From the NCBI GenBank assembly GCA_965231215.1, contig OZ246423.1, forward strand, positions 1,024,001 through 1,088,000: DNA of 64,000 bases. Direction: 5' to 3'. The notes beneath the pieces are model-generated. The model had not been told where the DNA came from. It made no database searches and saw nothing but the letters and a program-made list of their open reading frames with translations. This DNA comes from Candidatus Altimarinota bacterium (lineage in GTDB: Bacteria; Patescibacteriota; Gracilibacteria; UBA4473). The translations under genes were made by a program, and so were the position numbers. This document shows positions 30,892 to 40,616 of this stretch, piece by piece (within the stretch, counting starts at the first letter, position 1; each line of letters opens with the position of its first letter).

Positions 30892-31314
30892 CTAAACTAG
30901 TGAAGCTTTTATTCGCGCAATTTCATCAGCTTCTTGCTTGTTTTCTGCATTTTCTTCTACTTTTGATTCGGCTAGTTCTGCGGTATTTACTTGGTCTTTA
31001 AAGTCTTGAACGAGGCTATTAAACCAACTAGTAATATTTTCTACAATACGCCCAGTAATAGAACCTTGTGGTGATTTTTGTACAGTCATTGCAGCATCAA
31101 AGAGGTCAGTTTTTTCCTTCAGTACAGCGGCTATTTTAGCATCACGAGCCTCAAGCTTTGAAAGGGTTTCATCCAAAAATTGAGCGGCCTTTTCATCAAT
31201 GCCTCCGACTTCTTTAACATGAGCAAAAAAGTCTCGACGTACTTGTAGAGGGATGGTGTCTTGAGATGAGAACCATCGGAGAAATTGTTCGAGTTCGGCA
31301 GTATTTTGTGTCAT
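30892..31314 (-). CDS. Small helical hypothetical protein (140 aa)
   Basis: Start overlaps the stop of the 823-aa gene (TAATG). Confidence 0.7.
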   Translation of the reverse strand: MTQNTAELEQFLRWFSSQDTIPLQVRRDFFAHVKEVGGIDEKAAQFLDETLSKLEARDAKIAAVLKEKTDLFDAAMTVQKSPQGSITGRIVENITSWFNSLVQDFKDQVNTAELAESKVEENAENKQEADEIARIKASLV

Positions 31315-33785
31315 TAGGCAGCGACTATAGAAATAGGAGATCCCACAAAGTTGTATTTATTTCCTGGGTCATAGTGCTCAGGAACTCCTTCTGTTAGAAT
31401 ATTATTGGTTGGAGCATCCATACCAATAACTTCTATTCTTTCATTACGCTGTTGGATGAAGATAAGCTCTCTTCCAGTAGGAGAACTTAAGATCACTCCA
31501 GTATCTGTTTTCTCAATGATAACAAGGTCATTAATTGATCTAAAATTAGTTCGATTGATCATATCATCAGAAGTAGGAGGGTTTCCGTGTTGAAATTCTT
31601 GAAATTCAATGTCGATACTACTTCCAATTACTTTTTGTTTAAGAATTTTAAGTTGTTTATCTCTATTGGCTTCCATAGCTTCTTCAATATGTTTGTTATC
31701 GACTATATTTGATTGATCTTTGAGATAATGTAAAAATTTAGCAGAGCCACCTCGTGCTGGAGGAGCTGCATGTTTTGCCACATTATCACTTACTTGTTTA
31801 GTGTCTAACTCTAGGTTTTTTAGATCTTTGGCTTTTACTCGGTCTACTTCTAGTTTCCCTTTAGTTAAAACTTCCGCAGTTCTTAATTGGCTCATAGCTT
31901 CTTCAAATTCTTTGATTCTTGCTTCTGCTCTTTCGATAGCTTTCCCATTAGTTAGATGAGATGTAAGGGCTCCTCCACCAGCTGCCGCAGCAGGTGTAGA
32001 CCAGGTTTCAGCAGGAGGATCTTCTGGCACAAGATAATCAGTCCCATCTACTTTAATGGTAGTCCTACCTGTAGGAAGTGGTGTTGGAGCTTCAAAATGT
32101 GTATAAACTTTTTTTAGCTTATCTAAATCACCTTTATCTTTTTTATAGTCTTGGAGAGAGCTTTCCCAACTTTCTTGTAGCTCTTCAATTTTCTCAACAA
32201 AACTGTCAATTTTGTTAAGGTATGCTTCAAGTAAAGTTTTTTCTTCTTGTGGTAGGTCATTGACTATACCTTCAACTTTTCTTTTAAATACTTCATGTTC
32301 AGAGACAAAGGAACCTATTTCATCTAGTACGGTTTGATTTACATGTGATAGATTAATCACATCTTTTAATCCTCGACTTTTCCCTCGGGCTCCAAGACCG
32401 TTGTTGACGAGTTTTTTAGCTTTTTCGAAGTGTTTTTTAACTTCATCTTTTTCAAATTTTTTAAATTCAGGAGAGAAAGCTACTTCTTTTTTGCCTAGAG
32501 ATGTTTCCTCTTCAAGGTGAGCAATATAGCTCAAAAACTTTATTTTCAAACCTTTTGGCATAGAGCTTTTAATTAACGTAGTTCCAGCTGAAGTTTGTAA
32601 GAACCGCGCATAAGCTACAAATTCTTGATAAGGATTCAGCTGATCCTTGTTTGGAAAGTGCTGAAAGAGTGTTTCTCTATTAACTATTCCCTGACTATCT
32701 ACAAAAGGTTTTAGTTCTTTGAGTAAACCTGGGAGATCATTTTCTGGTGTTATTTCCTCACCAGGAACCTCTAACTTAGTCTTTATTGTATCAATCCTAA
32801 GGCCACTTTGGGTGGCATCAAATCCATCTCGTCTGTCACGAGCCAGGGTTCTAATATCTAAATTTTCATCCAAAGCTGTAGTTTCTAGAACTTTGTTTAA
32901 GTCTGTCTCATCCCAACCAAGTAGTTTATACATTTCTAATCTTTTTTCTTTTTCTAGCCCGCCAAAAAGAGATTTAGCAATATTGGTTGTAGCCGGATCG
33001 GTCATAATGTCATGTGTCAATGCTGGATCAAGCTCTTTTTCAACTCCTTCAATAATTTTTTTCTTTTGTTCGAAACTGAGGGTATCATTAAATTCTTGCT
33101 TAATTTGGCTCATTCTTTCGTTTTGGGCAGTTTCAACATCACTTTTCTTAGCGGCAATTTTTTCTTCTAGTTCAGAAAATACTTCATCGACAAAGCTAGC
33201 TCGGGTTTCAAAGTAAAATTTTTGTGAAGTGTTTGGGACACGATTACCTCCAAAGTTTTTCCAGAATCGGAAGAATTTCTTATTTTCTTCACTTTTGGTT
33301 CCGAGCTTAGTTTCGTATTCTCGTTGGTAGTTTTTTCGGAGGGTTTGAAGGGTGATAAGTGATCGGTTTACATTATCAATGGTGAGCACAGCTTCGTTTG
33401 AATTATCCTCAATATCACGAATCAGTCTTTGGTATTCAGCATTGTAGAAAACCCCATGAGAGCGTCGCCCTCGTAGTACATCAAAAATATCTTCTCTAGT
33501 TCTTTGCCTTAGGGTATCTATGTGCTTGTTCCAAGGCATTCGACCATTTTCAATATAGTCAGTCACCTCTAAGCCACGAATAGTACGGCTGTTGAAAGTA
33601 GTTAGGGCATCAATAGCTACTTCTTTGGCTTCGATTACTCGTGTTTTTTCTTCTTTTTCAGTACTTTTAGCCTTTAAAGCCTCAACTAAATCATCATTAA
33701 CTTCAGTGATGCGACCACTTGTATCTCTGTATACAAGAGGCTTAAATTGATTTAGTTGGTTCCTGAATTGTGGAAATAACTTCAT
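31314..33785 (-). CDS. Large hypothetical coiled-coil protein (823 aa)
   Basis: Long K/E-rich ORF; no recognised motif. Confidence 0.75.
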   Translation of the reverse strand: MKLFPQFRNQLNQFKPLVYRDTSGRITEVNDDLVEALKAKSTEKEEKTRVIEAKEVAIDALTTFNSRTIRGLEVTDYIENGRMPWNKHIDTLRQRTREDIFDVLRGRRSHGVFYNAEYQRLIRDIEDNSNEAVLTIDNVNRSLITLQTLRKNYQREYETKLGTKSEENKKFFRFWKNFGGNRVPNTSQKFYFETRASFVDEVFSELEEKIAAKKSDVETAQNERMSQIKQEFNDTLSFEQKKKIIEGVEKELDPALTHDIMTDPATTNIAKSLFGGLEKEKRLEMYKLLGWDETDLNKVLETTALDENLDIRTLARDRRDGFDATQSGLRIDTIKTKLEVPGEEITPENDLPGLLKELKPFVDSQGIVNRETLFQHFPNKDQLNPYQEFVAYARFLQTSAGTTLIKSSMPKGLKIKFLSYIAHLEEETSLGKKEVAFSPEFKKFEKDEVKKHFEKAKKLVNNGLGARGKSRGLKDVINLSHVNQTVLDEIGSFVSEHEVFKRKVEGIVNDLPQEEKTLLEAYLNKIDSFVEKIEELQESWESSLQDYKKDKGDLDKLKKVYTHFEAPTPLPTGRTTIKVDGTDYLVPEDPPAETWSTPAAAAGGGALTSHLTNGKAIERAEARIKEFEEAMSQLRTAEVLTKGKLEVDRVKAKDLKNLELDTKQVSDNVAKHAAPPARGGSAKFLHYLKDQSNIVDNKHIEEAMEANRDKQLKILKQKVIGSSIDIEFQEFQHGNPPTSDDMINRTNFRSINDLVIIEKTDTGVILSSPTGRELIFIQQRNERIEVIGMDAPTNNILTEGVPEHYDPGNKYNFVGSPISIVAA

Positions 33786-33805
33786 TTTTGCGCAAAAATC
33801 CCATT

Positions 33806-33834
33806 ATTTTACCACAAAAAGGCTCAAAAAACAA
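33806..33834 (-). promoter_or_regulatory. Putative extended -10 promoter
   Basis: Minus strand TTGTTT, 17 nt, TAAAAT within TGTGGTAAAAT; the same 11-mer lies upstream of the gene starting at 45524. Confidence 0.5.
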
Positions 33835-33862
33835 GGGTGCCACACCTTTTTTAAACTTATAT

Positions 33863-36787
33863 TTATCGAACTTTTTGCTGCACTTTTTTGGTATAGTCTT
33901 TCATATCTCCTAAGACTTGCTTCATAACTTTGTCAGCGACCTCTTCCATACTAGTTCCAACTTGAGTTTTTTCAGCTCCAAAAGTCTGTGCCAAAGCACT
34001 AAAAGCTCTTTTTGCAAACATTTTCAATAATCTAATTTCTTCGCCATCGCCTTCTATGCTGTCGGAGGTATCAATGGCTACCGCTGAGTGTACTCCGGTT
34101 CCAATGATACCAGTTTCAATAATTTTTTTCATTTCTCGGAATCTTCCGGCACTATCAGCTCCGTCTCCAATGAGGTAAAAGGCTGGTCGATAATTTGGGA
34201 ATTTCTTTTTTTCTGCTTCTAAGTCTCTACTCGCTTTTTGAGTTGCTTCTACCATATAAGTACCTCCATTAGGTTTAACCTCTTTGATGATTCTTTTTTT
34301 AATGGTGCTTGGTTGACCGGTACTAAATTTTGATTTCTTTCTCCGGCCATCCATTGAGTAATCATCATCAAAACTTTTGATATCAGTTATTCCTTCAGCA
34401 AATAAAAAGGCCGCAAATCGAGTGTAACCAAGTTCTTTTTCAATTTTATCAAATAGCTCACAGAAGAAGAGAAGCATTTTCTTGGATTCCCTTTTATTTG
34501 GCGCCATAGAACCACTATCATCCAAGGCTACTACTGCCATGAATTTTGGCTTTGGTTCTTCTTCTTTAAGCACTCGAGGTTGGAATACTTTACCAGTCAT
34601 TCGGCTGGCAGGGCGCATTAAGGCGGACCTATCTAATTTACTTCCTTTCTGACGGTTCATATTTTCATCTATGACAAATACTCTTTTCTTTGGCAGTGCG
34701 CGAATGAATTTTTTGTACCACTTATCTACTAAAGGCAGAACTTCTTTTCTGAGTTCTAGATATTCTGCATAATCATGGTCTGCAATTTCTAGCTCTTGTT
34801 CAAGTCTTGCTAATTGATCAATGCCTTCTGTATTATCGAGTTTTTCATCCCACCTTTCTCTTTCGTGTTCCTCCATAAATCCATCTCCTTCAATTTGATC
34901 CAATTTTTGAGAAAAAATGTCCTTAAGGCGATCTACTTGTTCTTCACTGAGGTTTTCAAGCTCTTCTTTATAAGACTCAACTTTTTCATCTTGTGCAATT
35001 TCGTCCATAATATCTTTAATCTCTTGGGCACTTTGGGCTTTTCGTATTTCTTCGGAGTATTTTTTAGCCTGTTCAAAAGATTCTTTTTCGGCTTCGGCTT
35101 GAGCATCTTCACCCTCATCAATTTCCTGCATTTCATCTAAATCTTCATCTGGAGTAATCTCATCAGATATGTCTTCTTTCTCAGTGTTATCTTGGTCTTG
35201 ATTGTCACCTTCTGGTTTTTCTTCGGTTTGGGTTGGGGTCGGATCAATGGTCTGCCACATAGCCCCATCCCAAATCTCTACCCAGGCATGACCATCACTA
35301 TCGGTGATTTGTGATTTTCCGTCTTTGGTCTTGCTTACGGCAAATCCTCCAATAGACCTGCTAGGGATACTGAGTTTACGGCAGAAATCTATAAACAGGG
35401 TTGCAGCTGAGTGACATTCAATAGCCTCTTCGGCTTCGATATTAGGTAGATAATTTTCTGAAGTAGAAGTGCTATGCAGTCGACTCTGAGTATTAGCCGC
35501 ATCTGAAAGGTCTTGTCCGTCTCCTGGATATTTATATTTTTTTTGTATGTAACTAGCCAAGGCCTGAACTTTGGCCGTATTATTCAGGCTACTACTTTTA
35601 AGTTTTTTTAAGAGGTTTTCGGTATCTGAACTATAAGTTCCATTGTAGAGAATATCCGTATCAGCCGTTTCAGGATTGTCTTGAGGCTTGCTTCCTGTAT
35701 GCACAAACTCTACCGAAAAATCACCAGCACCTTTTGCTTTTAGGAAGAAGGCTCCTTTTTCATCTTTAAATATTTCACAATTGTTACCTGAAAATTGAAG
35801 AGTAGAGGCATCTACCTCATGCCCAGGAGGGAGGGGGAGAGCATCAAATTTTTCGCCTCCAGTGAGTTTAGCGTACATTCGGTACCTTTTGCTTCCGTTA
35901 GGACTTTCGTTATAAGGAGTTTTATTAGTTTTTGCATGCCAGTTTTTCCCAGACTTGTCATAATGACTGAATCGCTTTTTCACAAATTTACCAGTAGGGG
36001 CTTTACTGCCATCTACAGGTTCAATTTCATACCGGATCACAATATTAGGTTCGCCTTCTTTATTGGAAGGTTCTTCACTCATTGGTGGGGGCGTATAGTT
36101 TTCCTCATCTTCCGGGGCTGCAGCCATTTCTTCACGAGCTTTTTGAATTTCACCTGGATCATCCTGCTCCTCTTCAGGTGTATCCTCGGAATCATCCGGA
36201 GTATCTTCAGCATCATCTTCTGAATCATCAGGTTGATCTTGTGGTGAATCTGGAGGTTCTTCTTGACCTTCAGAGTCTTCAGGAGGAGTAGGTGGTTGTG
36301 GTTGAGGTGGGGTGGGAGGAGTAGATCCTTGGTTTACGTCTTTTAGTACGTTTTTAACATTGTGTTTGGTTCCTCCAGTCCATTTATCATACCATTTTCC
36401 GGCTCCTACAGCGTGGGCAATCTTTTTTAAAATACCATCTTTGGTTTCGGTGACTTCTGGCGCAATAACTTCATTTCGTTCAATCGCCCCAACTAGGCTT
36501 TGATAGTCTTGGGTTTTTAGTTCATGTCTAATTTTGGATACTCTTTTCCTGATTTTTTCTGTATCACCAATTTGGTCTTTAGGAAAGTGAATTTTATTAG
36601 GTCTAGGTGCATCATCTGGTAGAGCCTCTCCATTAAGAATACGTTTTTTGGTTTCTTCATCAAAACCTGGAGAGATACCCCATTTTTCACCTGCTACTAC
36701 TTTAATATCAGGGTCAGACAAGATCTCAGCTAATCGGTAAGCTTCTTGATCTTGTTTAAGCTGAGATGAGGCGGCTTCCGGATTCAT
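33863..36787 (-). CDS. Transglutaminase-like domain + vWA (MIDAS) fusion protein
   Basis: Cys-His-Asp triad (IECHSAA...IPSRSIGGF...GHAWVEIW...IDPTP); vWA motifs ALDDSGSM, GGT and LIGDG; acidic Pro-rich linkers. Confidence 0.85.
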   Translation of the reverse strand: MNPEAASSQLKQDQEAYRLAEILSDPDIKVVAGEKWGISPGFDEETKKRILNGEALPDDAPRPNKIHFPKDQIGDTEKIRKRVSKIRHELKTQDYQSLVGAIERNEVIAPEVTETKDGILKKIAHAVGAGKWYDKWTGGTKHNVKNVLKDVNQGSTPPTPPQPQPPTPPEDSEGQEEPPDSPQDQPDDSEDDAEDTPDDSEDTPEEEQDDPGEIQKAREEMAAAPEDEENYTPPPMSEEPSNKEGEPNIVIRYEIEPVDGSKAPTGKFVKKRFSHYDKSGKNWHAKTNKTPYNESPNGSKRYRMYAKLTGGEKFDALPLPPGHEVDASTLQFSGNNCEIFKDEKGAFFLKAKGAGDFSVEFVHTGSKPQDNPETADTDILYNGTYSSDTENLLKKLKSSSLNNTAKVQALASYIQKKYKYPGDGQDLSDAANTQSRLHSTSTSENYLPNIEAEEAIECHSAATLFIDFCRKLSIPSRSIGGFAVSKTKDGKSQITDSDGHAWVEIWDGAMWQTIDPTPTQTEEKPEGDNQDQDNTEKEDISDEITPDEDLDEMQEIDEGEDAQAEAEKESFEQAKKYSEEIRKAQSAQEIKDIMDEIAQDEKVESYKEELENLSEEQVDRLKDIFSQKLDQIEGDGFMEEHERERWDEKLDNTEGIDQLARLEQELEIADHDYAEYLELRKEVLPLVDKWYKKFIRALPKKRVFVIDENMNRQKGSKLDRSALMRPASRMTGKVFQPRVLKEEEPKPKFMAVVALDDSGSMAPNKRESKKMLLFFCELFDKIEKELGYTRFAAFLFAEGITDIKSFDDDYSMDGRRKKSKFSTGQPSTIKKRIIKEVKPNGGTYMVEATQKASRDLEAEKKKFPNYRPAFYLIGDGADSAGRFREMKKIIETGIIGTGVHSAVAIDTSDSIEGDGEEIRLLKMFAKRAFSALAQTFGAEKTQVGTSMEEVADKVMKQVLGDMKDYTKKVQQKVR

Positions 36788-36792
36788 ATTAA

Positions 36793-39700
36793 TTAAATGT
36801 TATCAGCCGCCCGTGCAATTTCACCAGCAAGTTTTTCTCTAACACTGGCTTCATCATAGTGACTTAAATACTCTTCTTTAAGAAGGTCTAAAGCGACACT
36901 TCTAGGATCCGTAGCACTAGCCTCTACAAAATTACTGAGTCGATAAGCACATCGAGTTATGTCTCGAAGAGTAATAGGGTAGACAATATCTAAAATGTCA
37001 GTATTAGATTCAAAACCAGTGGGTTTATCGTTTACATATTGTTGTGCAAAATTGTATCTAATAACATCAGCCATTTTTACGAGCTCTAGAATTACTTGCA
37101 TATCAAATTGCTGTTTTTCATCAGCATCTATAGCTCCTGGAACTTGAGATCTATTTACATATTTATCCCACACCTTAACAAATTCGTTTTCTGATAAATC
37201 TGGATTATAAGTAAGATGTTGGAGTGAGTTAGTAGAACGAGCAATTTTTAAAGCTTCTGATGAAGCAAATTTTCTATCAAAAGGGGATTCTCCTAGTTCT
37301 TGTTTCCCATCTCTTCTGAGATGGTTATATTCAATTTCTATTTCTTGCATCCGACTTTTGGTTGCAGCTTGAGGGTCAAAGGTTCCTTCATATCCAGGAT
37401 TCATAGAACCTGCAATAACTACGCTCGGTTCCGTTTTAATAACTTTACCTCCACTAGTTTTTAGAGTCATTTGACGTTTACCATCCAAAAGAGAGTGTAA
37501 GAAAATTTGAGCTGACTCTGGCATCGCATTGAACTCATTAAAGTAGACTATCGCTCCTGGAGTTTGGATTCCTTCTACAATACTAGAAGGTACTTTTACA
37601 GTGTTTCCATCTTCTAGAAGGATTTCCTCACCCAAGTCAGCTTCAGTGGTCCATTTACTACAATCAAATGAAAAATAAGACCGGTTAGTATGATGAGCAA
37701 AAACTTGAAGTAAAACATCTTTACCAGTTCCAGTATGCCCCTTAAGCATAAGCATTCCTTCTTGCCTATCAGCCTGCATTTGGAATCTTTCAGCAATATC
37801 CTCAAGGTAACCTTGTTCTTCTTCACCAATAACCCAGCTTGGGTTTAGTTTTGGTACACCATTAATATATACCGGTTCAGAACTATTAATTTCATTTAAT
37901 TTCCTTTCGGCTTGTCTGAGATGAGGAATAAAATTTTGGGCACAGAATTCTGCGTATTGTTTGTAAAGAGTGGTGTATTGCTGTTTCCATTCTGGATTTT
38001 TTAGCTCTCCTTCTGGATGTTCCTCTGAAGGTTCGGTTCGTTCATTTTTTTCAGCGTATTTAGCTTTTAATCTGGTACGTAGGTCATCATGTTCTTTTTT
38101 TACATTGCCTCCGTTCATCCATTCATTAAGTAAACGAGAAATGTGTTTATATTGCTTTCGAGGAAGGTATCCTGGGGTAATTTCTTCACCTTTAGAATCA
38201 GCCCCAAGACGAAATTCTTGTTCTATACCTGTATCACCCCAGAGACGCTCTTGGGTTAGTTCACCTTTTTCATTGGTTATGGTGATACCAATATCTCCCA
38301 TAGCGGTTTTAGGATTATCGGTAAGAGTGGCTTGATTCATAATAAAGTCTAGCCGCGCGCTTTTTCGTCCACCTTTCTGAACTCGTTTCATAATTGGGGC
38401 ATTGATATGTCCAAAGGTATATACATTTTCTCCTCGGTCATTAGTTTTAGCATTTTGGCGTGCTATGATTTGGTTAATGACTTCGTAAGATTTTCGAGAA
38501 ATATCACTTTCTAATGCTTGAGCTTGAGGTACATTTTCAGACCGAATATCTTCAATTCCAGCTGTGATATTTTCAAAAGCTGGATCATTGGCAATAAATT
38601 CAGTTACCTCTTCTTTGGTAACCAGTCCAGATTCATTACTGAGAGTTTCAAAGTAATTATTAATATCGAGTTTAACATTTTCTACTTTTCTCATAAGAGC
38701 ACTTTCGGCTTCAGCACGAGCTTCTCCTCGTGCATCTTTAAAGCTACTTATTTTTTCTGCACAGATTCTGTGAATAGTTTCTTGAGATTGAAGAATGGCT
38801 AAACGAGCTTGTTCACCATCTTGTGAAGTTTGTTTGTAGTGTTCTTCCATACTTCTTAGATGGGCTATTCTTTCATTTCTATGCCAAACCATGTAGGCTT
38901 CATAAGTTTTTTTATTATCTATTTCACTTTCTACTTGTTCCACGATAGCCGCAAGGTCAGTTTCTAGACCGGATAGATGAGTTGTATAAAGGCTTTCTCT
39001 GTGAGATCGAGCGTTACTTAGAACTGCTTCAACATCCCTTTTAATGGTGCTTCCTTCTGCTAAAACTGGGTTAAAGTTTTGAAGAATTCGTAGACTCGGA
39101 GTTAGCTCATCCATTTGACTTGGACGTGAAGCTGCTTTGATTTTTGGCCCAACCTCGTTTACTAAAGCCTGGGCTCGATCTGTTTTTTTAGTTTCAATTT
39201 CATCGAAGATTGGTTTAAGGATGTAGTTTACATGAACTTCAGTAACGCCTCCGTCTTCTAGAGCTTGTTTTAATTCCGCTATAGATTTTTCAATGCCTCC
39301 AAAATCTTCGATAGTTTTGGCTTCATCTATTTGGGCACCAAGTCCATCTCTAATTTCTTTTGTTTTTTCATCTAATACTGGTTTTTCAGCATCGGTTACT
39401 TCATTTGGAGTTTCTTCACTTCCAGAAACAATAGAAGCAATATCAATACTGCTAGTTAATCGAATAGTCCGAATAGCATGTGAGAGCTCAGAAAGGTTTG
39501 ATTCACAGGTTTTAAGGTTTCCTTGGTCATCAATGATTTGTACTTGAGTTTCGGTAGTAGTGAAATCCTGAATCCCATCATATTGGAATAAAATTTCACC
39601 ATCATGTAGACCGATGAAGTAGATTTTTCCTTCTTCAGTAAGAATATTGATTATTTCTCCTCCTGGTACTTCTTTAATTTTTTTTACTTTTGAGTTTCGG

Positions 39701-40596
39701 ATTTCCTCAGGAAGTCGAATTGCATTCTTACTAGCTTCGTCTTCGTGGTTGAAAGTTACATGATAAAGATATTCTGGTTTTTCTTTGTCACAATAACTTA
39801 GACCGTCTCGAGATTTAGTTACGGCAGGATTCTGAATATTATCACTCAAAAACTCGTTCCCTCCATTATTGAGACTAACTACTTTTACTCCATTTCTATT
39901 AACGAGTGCTAGAAGCCTTCCATCTAAAGCTACAACATCATGGTTTTGTAAATCTAGACCATCTATTTGTCCATATATACTTTTGAGATCTTCATCTTGT
40001 TCATAGTTAAAAATAGTGAAACGTTTCCAATTATGTGGTGGCTCTGTTTGACCTTGCTCGTTGGTAGTTTTGAATATGATTTTTTCCCCTTTAGAATCAT
40101 AAAAAATGATGAATTTACCATCATCCAAAATGGCTGGCGTTCTGACTGGAACAAACTGACTTTGGACTAGCTGGCTGACTGCGATTTCACCAGAATTATT
40201 AGTTTGTATATTAATCAATTGTTTAAGTCTAGCGGCTTTTGTAGGATCGATTCCCTCTAGTTGATCTACACCACAGAGATTTCCATAAGTACTATCAATA
40301 ATGCTTATTGTGTCGGCGTCTTCTTTTTCTTCAGGTAATGTAAGACCTTCTTTTTCGAGCCATTGGTTTATGGTGTATTCGAGCTTTAGCTCATTTTCTG
40401 TAAAACTAGTATCCTCTATACCTTGATGATCTAGCACTCTTACAGTGCTGCCATCGATATAAAAAGAACAGTTTTTCCAAGAAAGTAGTTCACTACCTTC
40501 GGGGATTTGTTTTGCATTGAAGTCTTCAACGCGTTTGAAACTTGGGGAAGGCAGCCCTAAGTTTTTGTCCGCAGCCGTTTCATGTGATTTTGCCAT
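36793..40596 (-). CDS. MoxR/CbbQ/midasin-like AAA+ ATPase with long N-terminal beta-rich and helical regions
   Basis: Walker A GHTGTGKD, Walker B variant IVYFNEFN, LHSLLD, GSMNPGYEG, SR and ITLRD. Confidence 0.85.
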   Translation of the reverse strand: MAKSHETAADKNLGLPSPSFKRVEDFNAKQIPEGSELLSWKNCSFYIDGSTVRVLDHQGIEDTSFTENELKLEYTINQWLEKEGLTLPEEKEDADTISIIDSTYGNLCGVDQLEGIDPTKAARLKQLINIQTNNSGEIAVSQLVQSQFVPVRTPAILDDGKFIIFYDSKGEKIIFKTTNEQGQTEPPHNWKRFTIFNYEQDEDLKSIYGQIDGLDLQNHDVVALDGRLLALVNRNGVKVVSLNNGGNEFLSDNIQNPAVTKSRDGLSYCDKEKPEYLYHVTFNHEDEASKNAIRLPEEIRNSKVKKIKEVPGGEIINILTEEGKIYFIGLHDGEILFQYDGIQDFTTTETQVQIIDDQGNLKTCESNLSELSHAIRTIRLTSSIDIASIVSGSEETPNEVTDAEKPVLDEKTKEIRDGLGAQIDEAKTIEDFGGIEKSIAELKQALEDGGVTEVHVNYILKPIFDEIETKKTDRAQALVNEVGPKIKAASRPSQMDELTPSLRILQNFNPVLAEGSTIKRDVEAVLSNARSHRESLYTTHLSGLETDLAAIVEQVESEIDNKKTYEAYMVWHRNERIAHLRSMEEHYKQTSQDGEQARLAILQSQETIHRICAEKISSFKDARGEARAEAESALMRKVENVKLDINNYFETLSNESGLVTKEEVTEFIANDPAFENITAGIEDIRSENVPQAQALESDISRKSYEVINQIIARQNAKTNDRGENVYTFGHINAPIMKRVQKGGRKSARLDFIMNQATLTDNPKTAMGDIGITITNEKGELTQERLWGDTGIEQEFRLGADSKGEEITPGYLPRKQYKHISRLLNEWMNGGNVKKEHDDLRTRLKAKYAEKNERTEPSEEHPEGELKNPEWKQQYTTLYKQYAEFCAQNFIPHLRQAERKLNEINSSEPVYINGVPKLNPSWVIGEEEQGYLEDIAERFQMQADRQEGMLMLKGHTGTGKDVLLQVFAHHTNRSYFSFDCSKWTTEADLGEEILLEDGNTVKVPSSIVEGIQTPGAIVYFNEFNAMPESAQIFLHSLLDGKRQMTLKTSGGKVIKTEPSVVIAGSMNPGYEGTFDPQAATKSRMQEIEIEYNHLRRDGKQELGESPFDRKFASSEALKIARSTNSLQHLTYNPDLSENEFVKVWDKYVNRSQVPGAIDADEKQQFDMQVILELVKMADVIRYNFAQQYVNDKPTGFESNTDILDIVYPITLRDITRCAYRLSNFVEASATDPRSVALDLLKEEYLSHYDEASVREKLAGEIARAADNI

Positions 40597-40616
40597 TTTT
40601 TAATATAAACGAGCAA

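Noticed and set aside
36160-36320. Repetitive DNA suggesting an array
   Set aside because: It is a coding Pro/Asp/Glu low-complexity linker with no repeat-spacer periodicity; not CRISPR.
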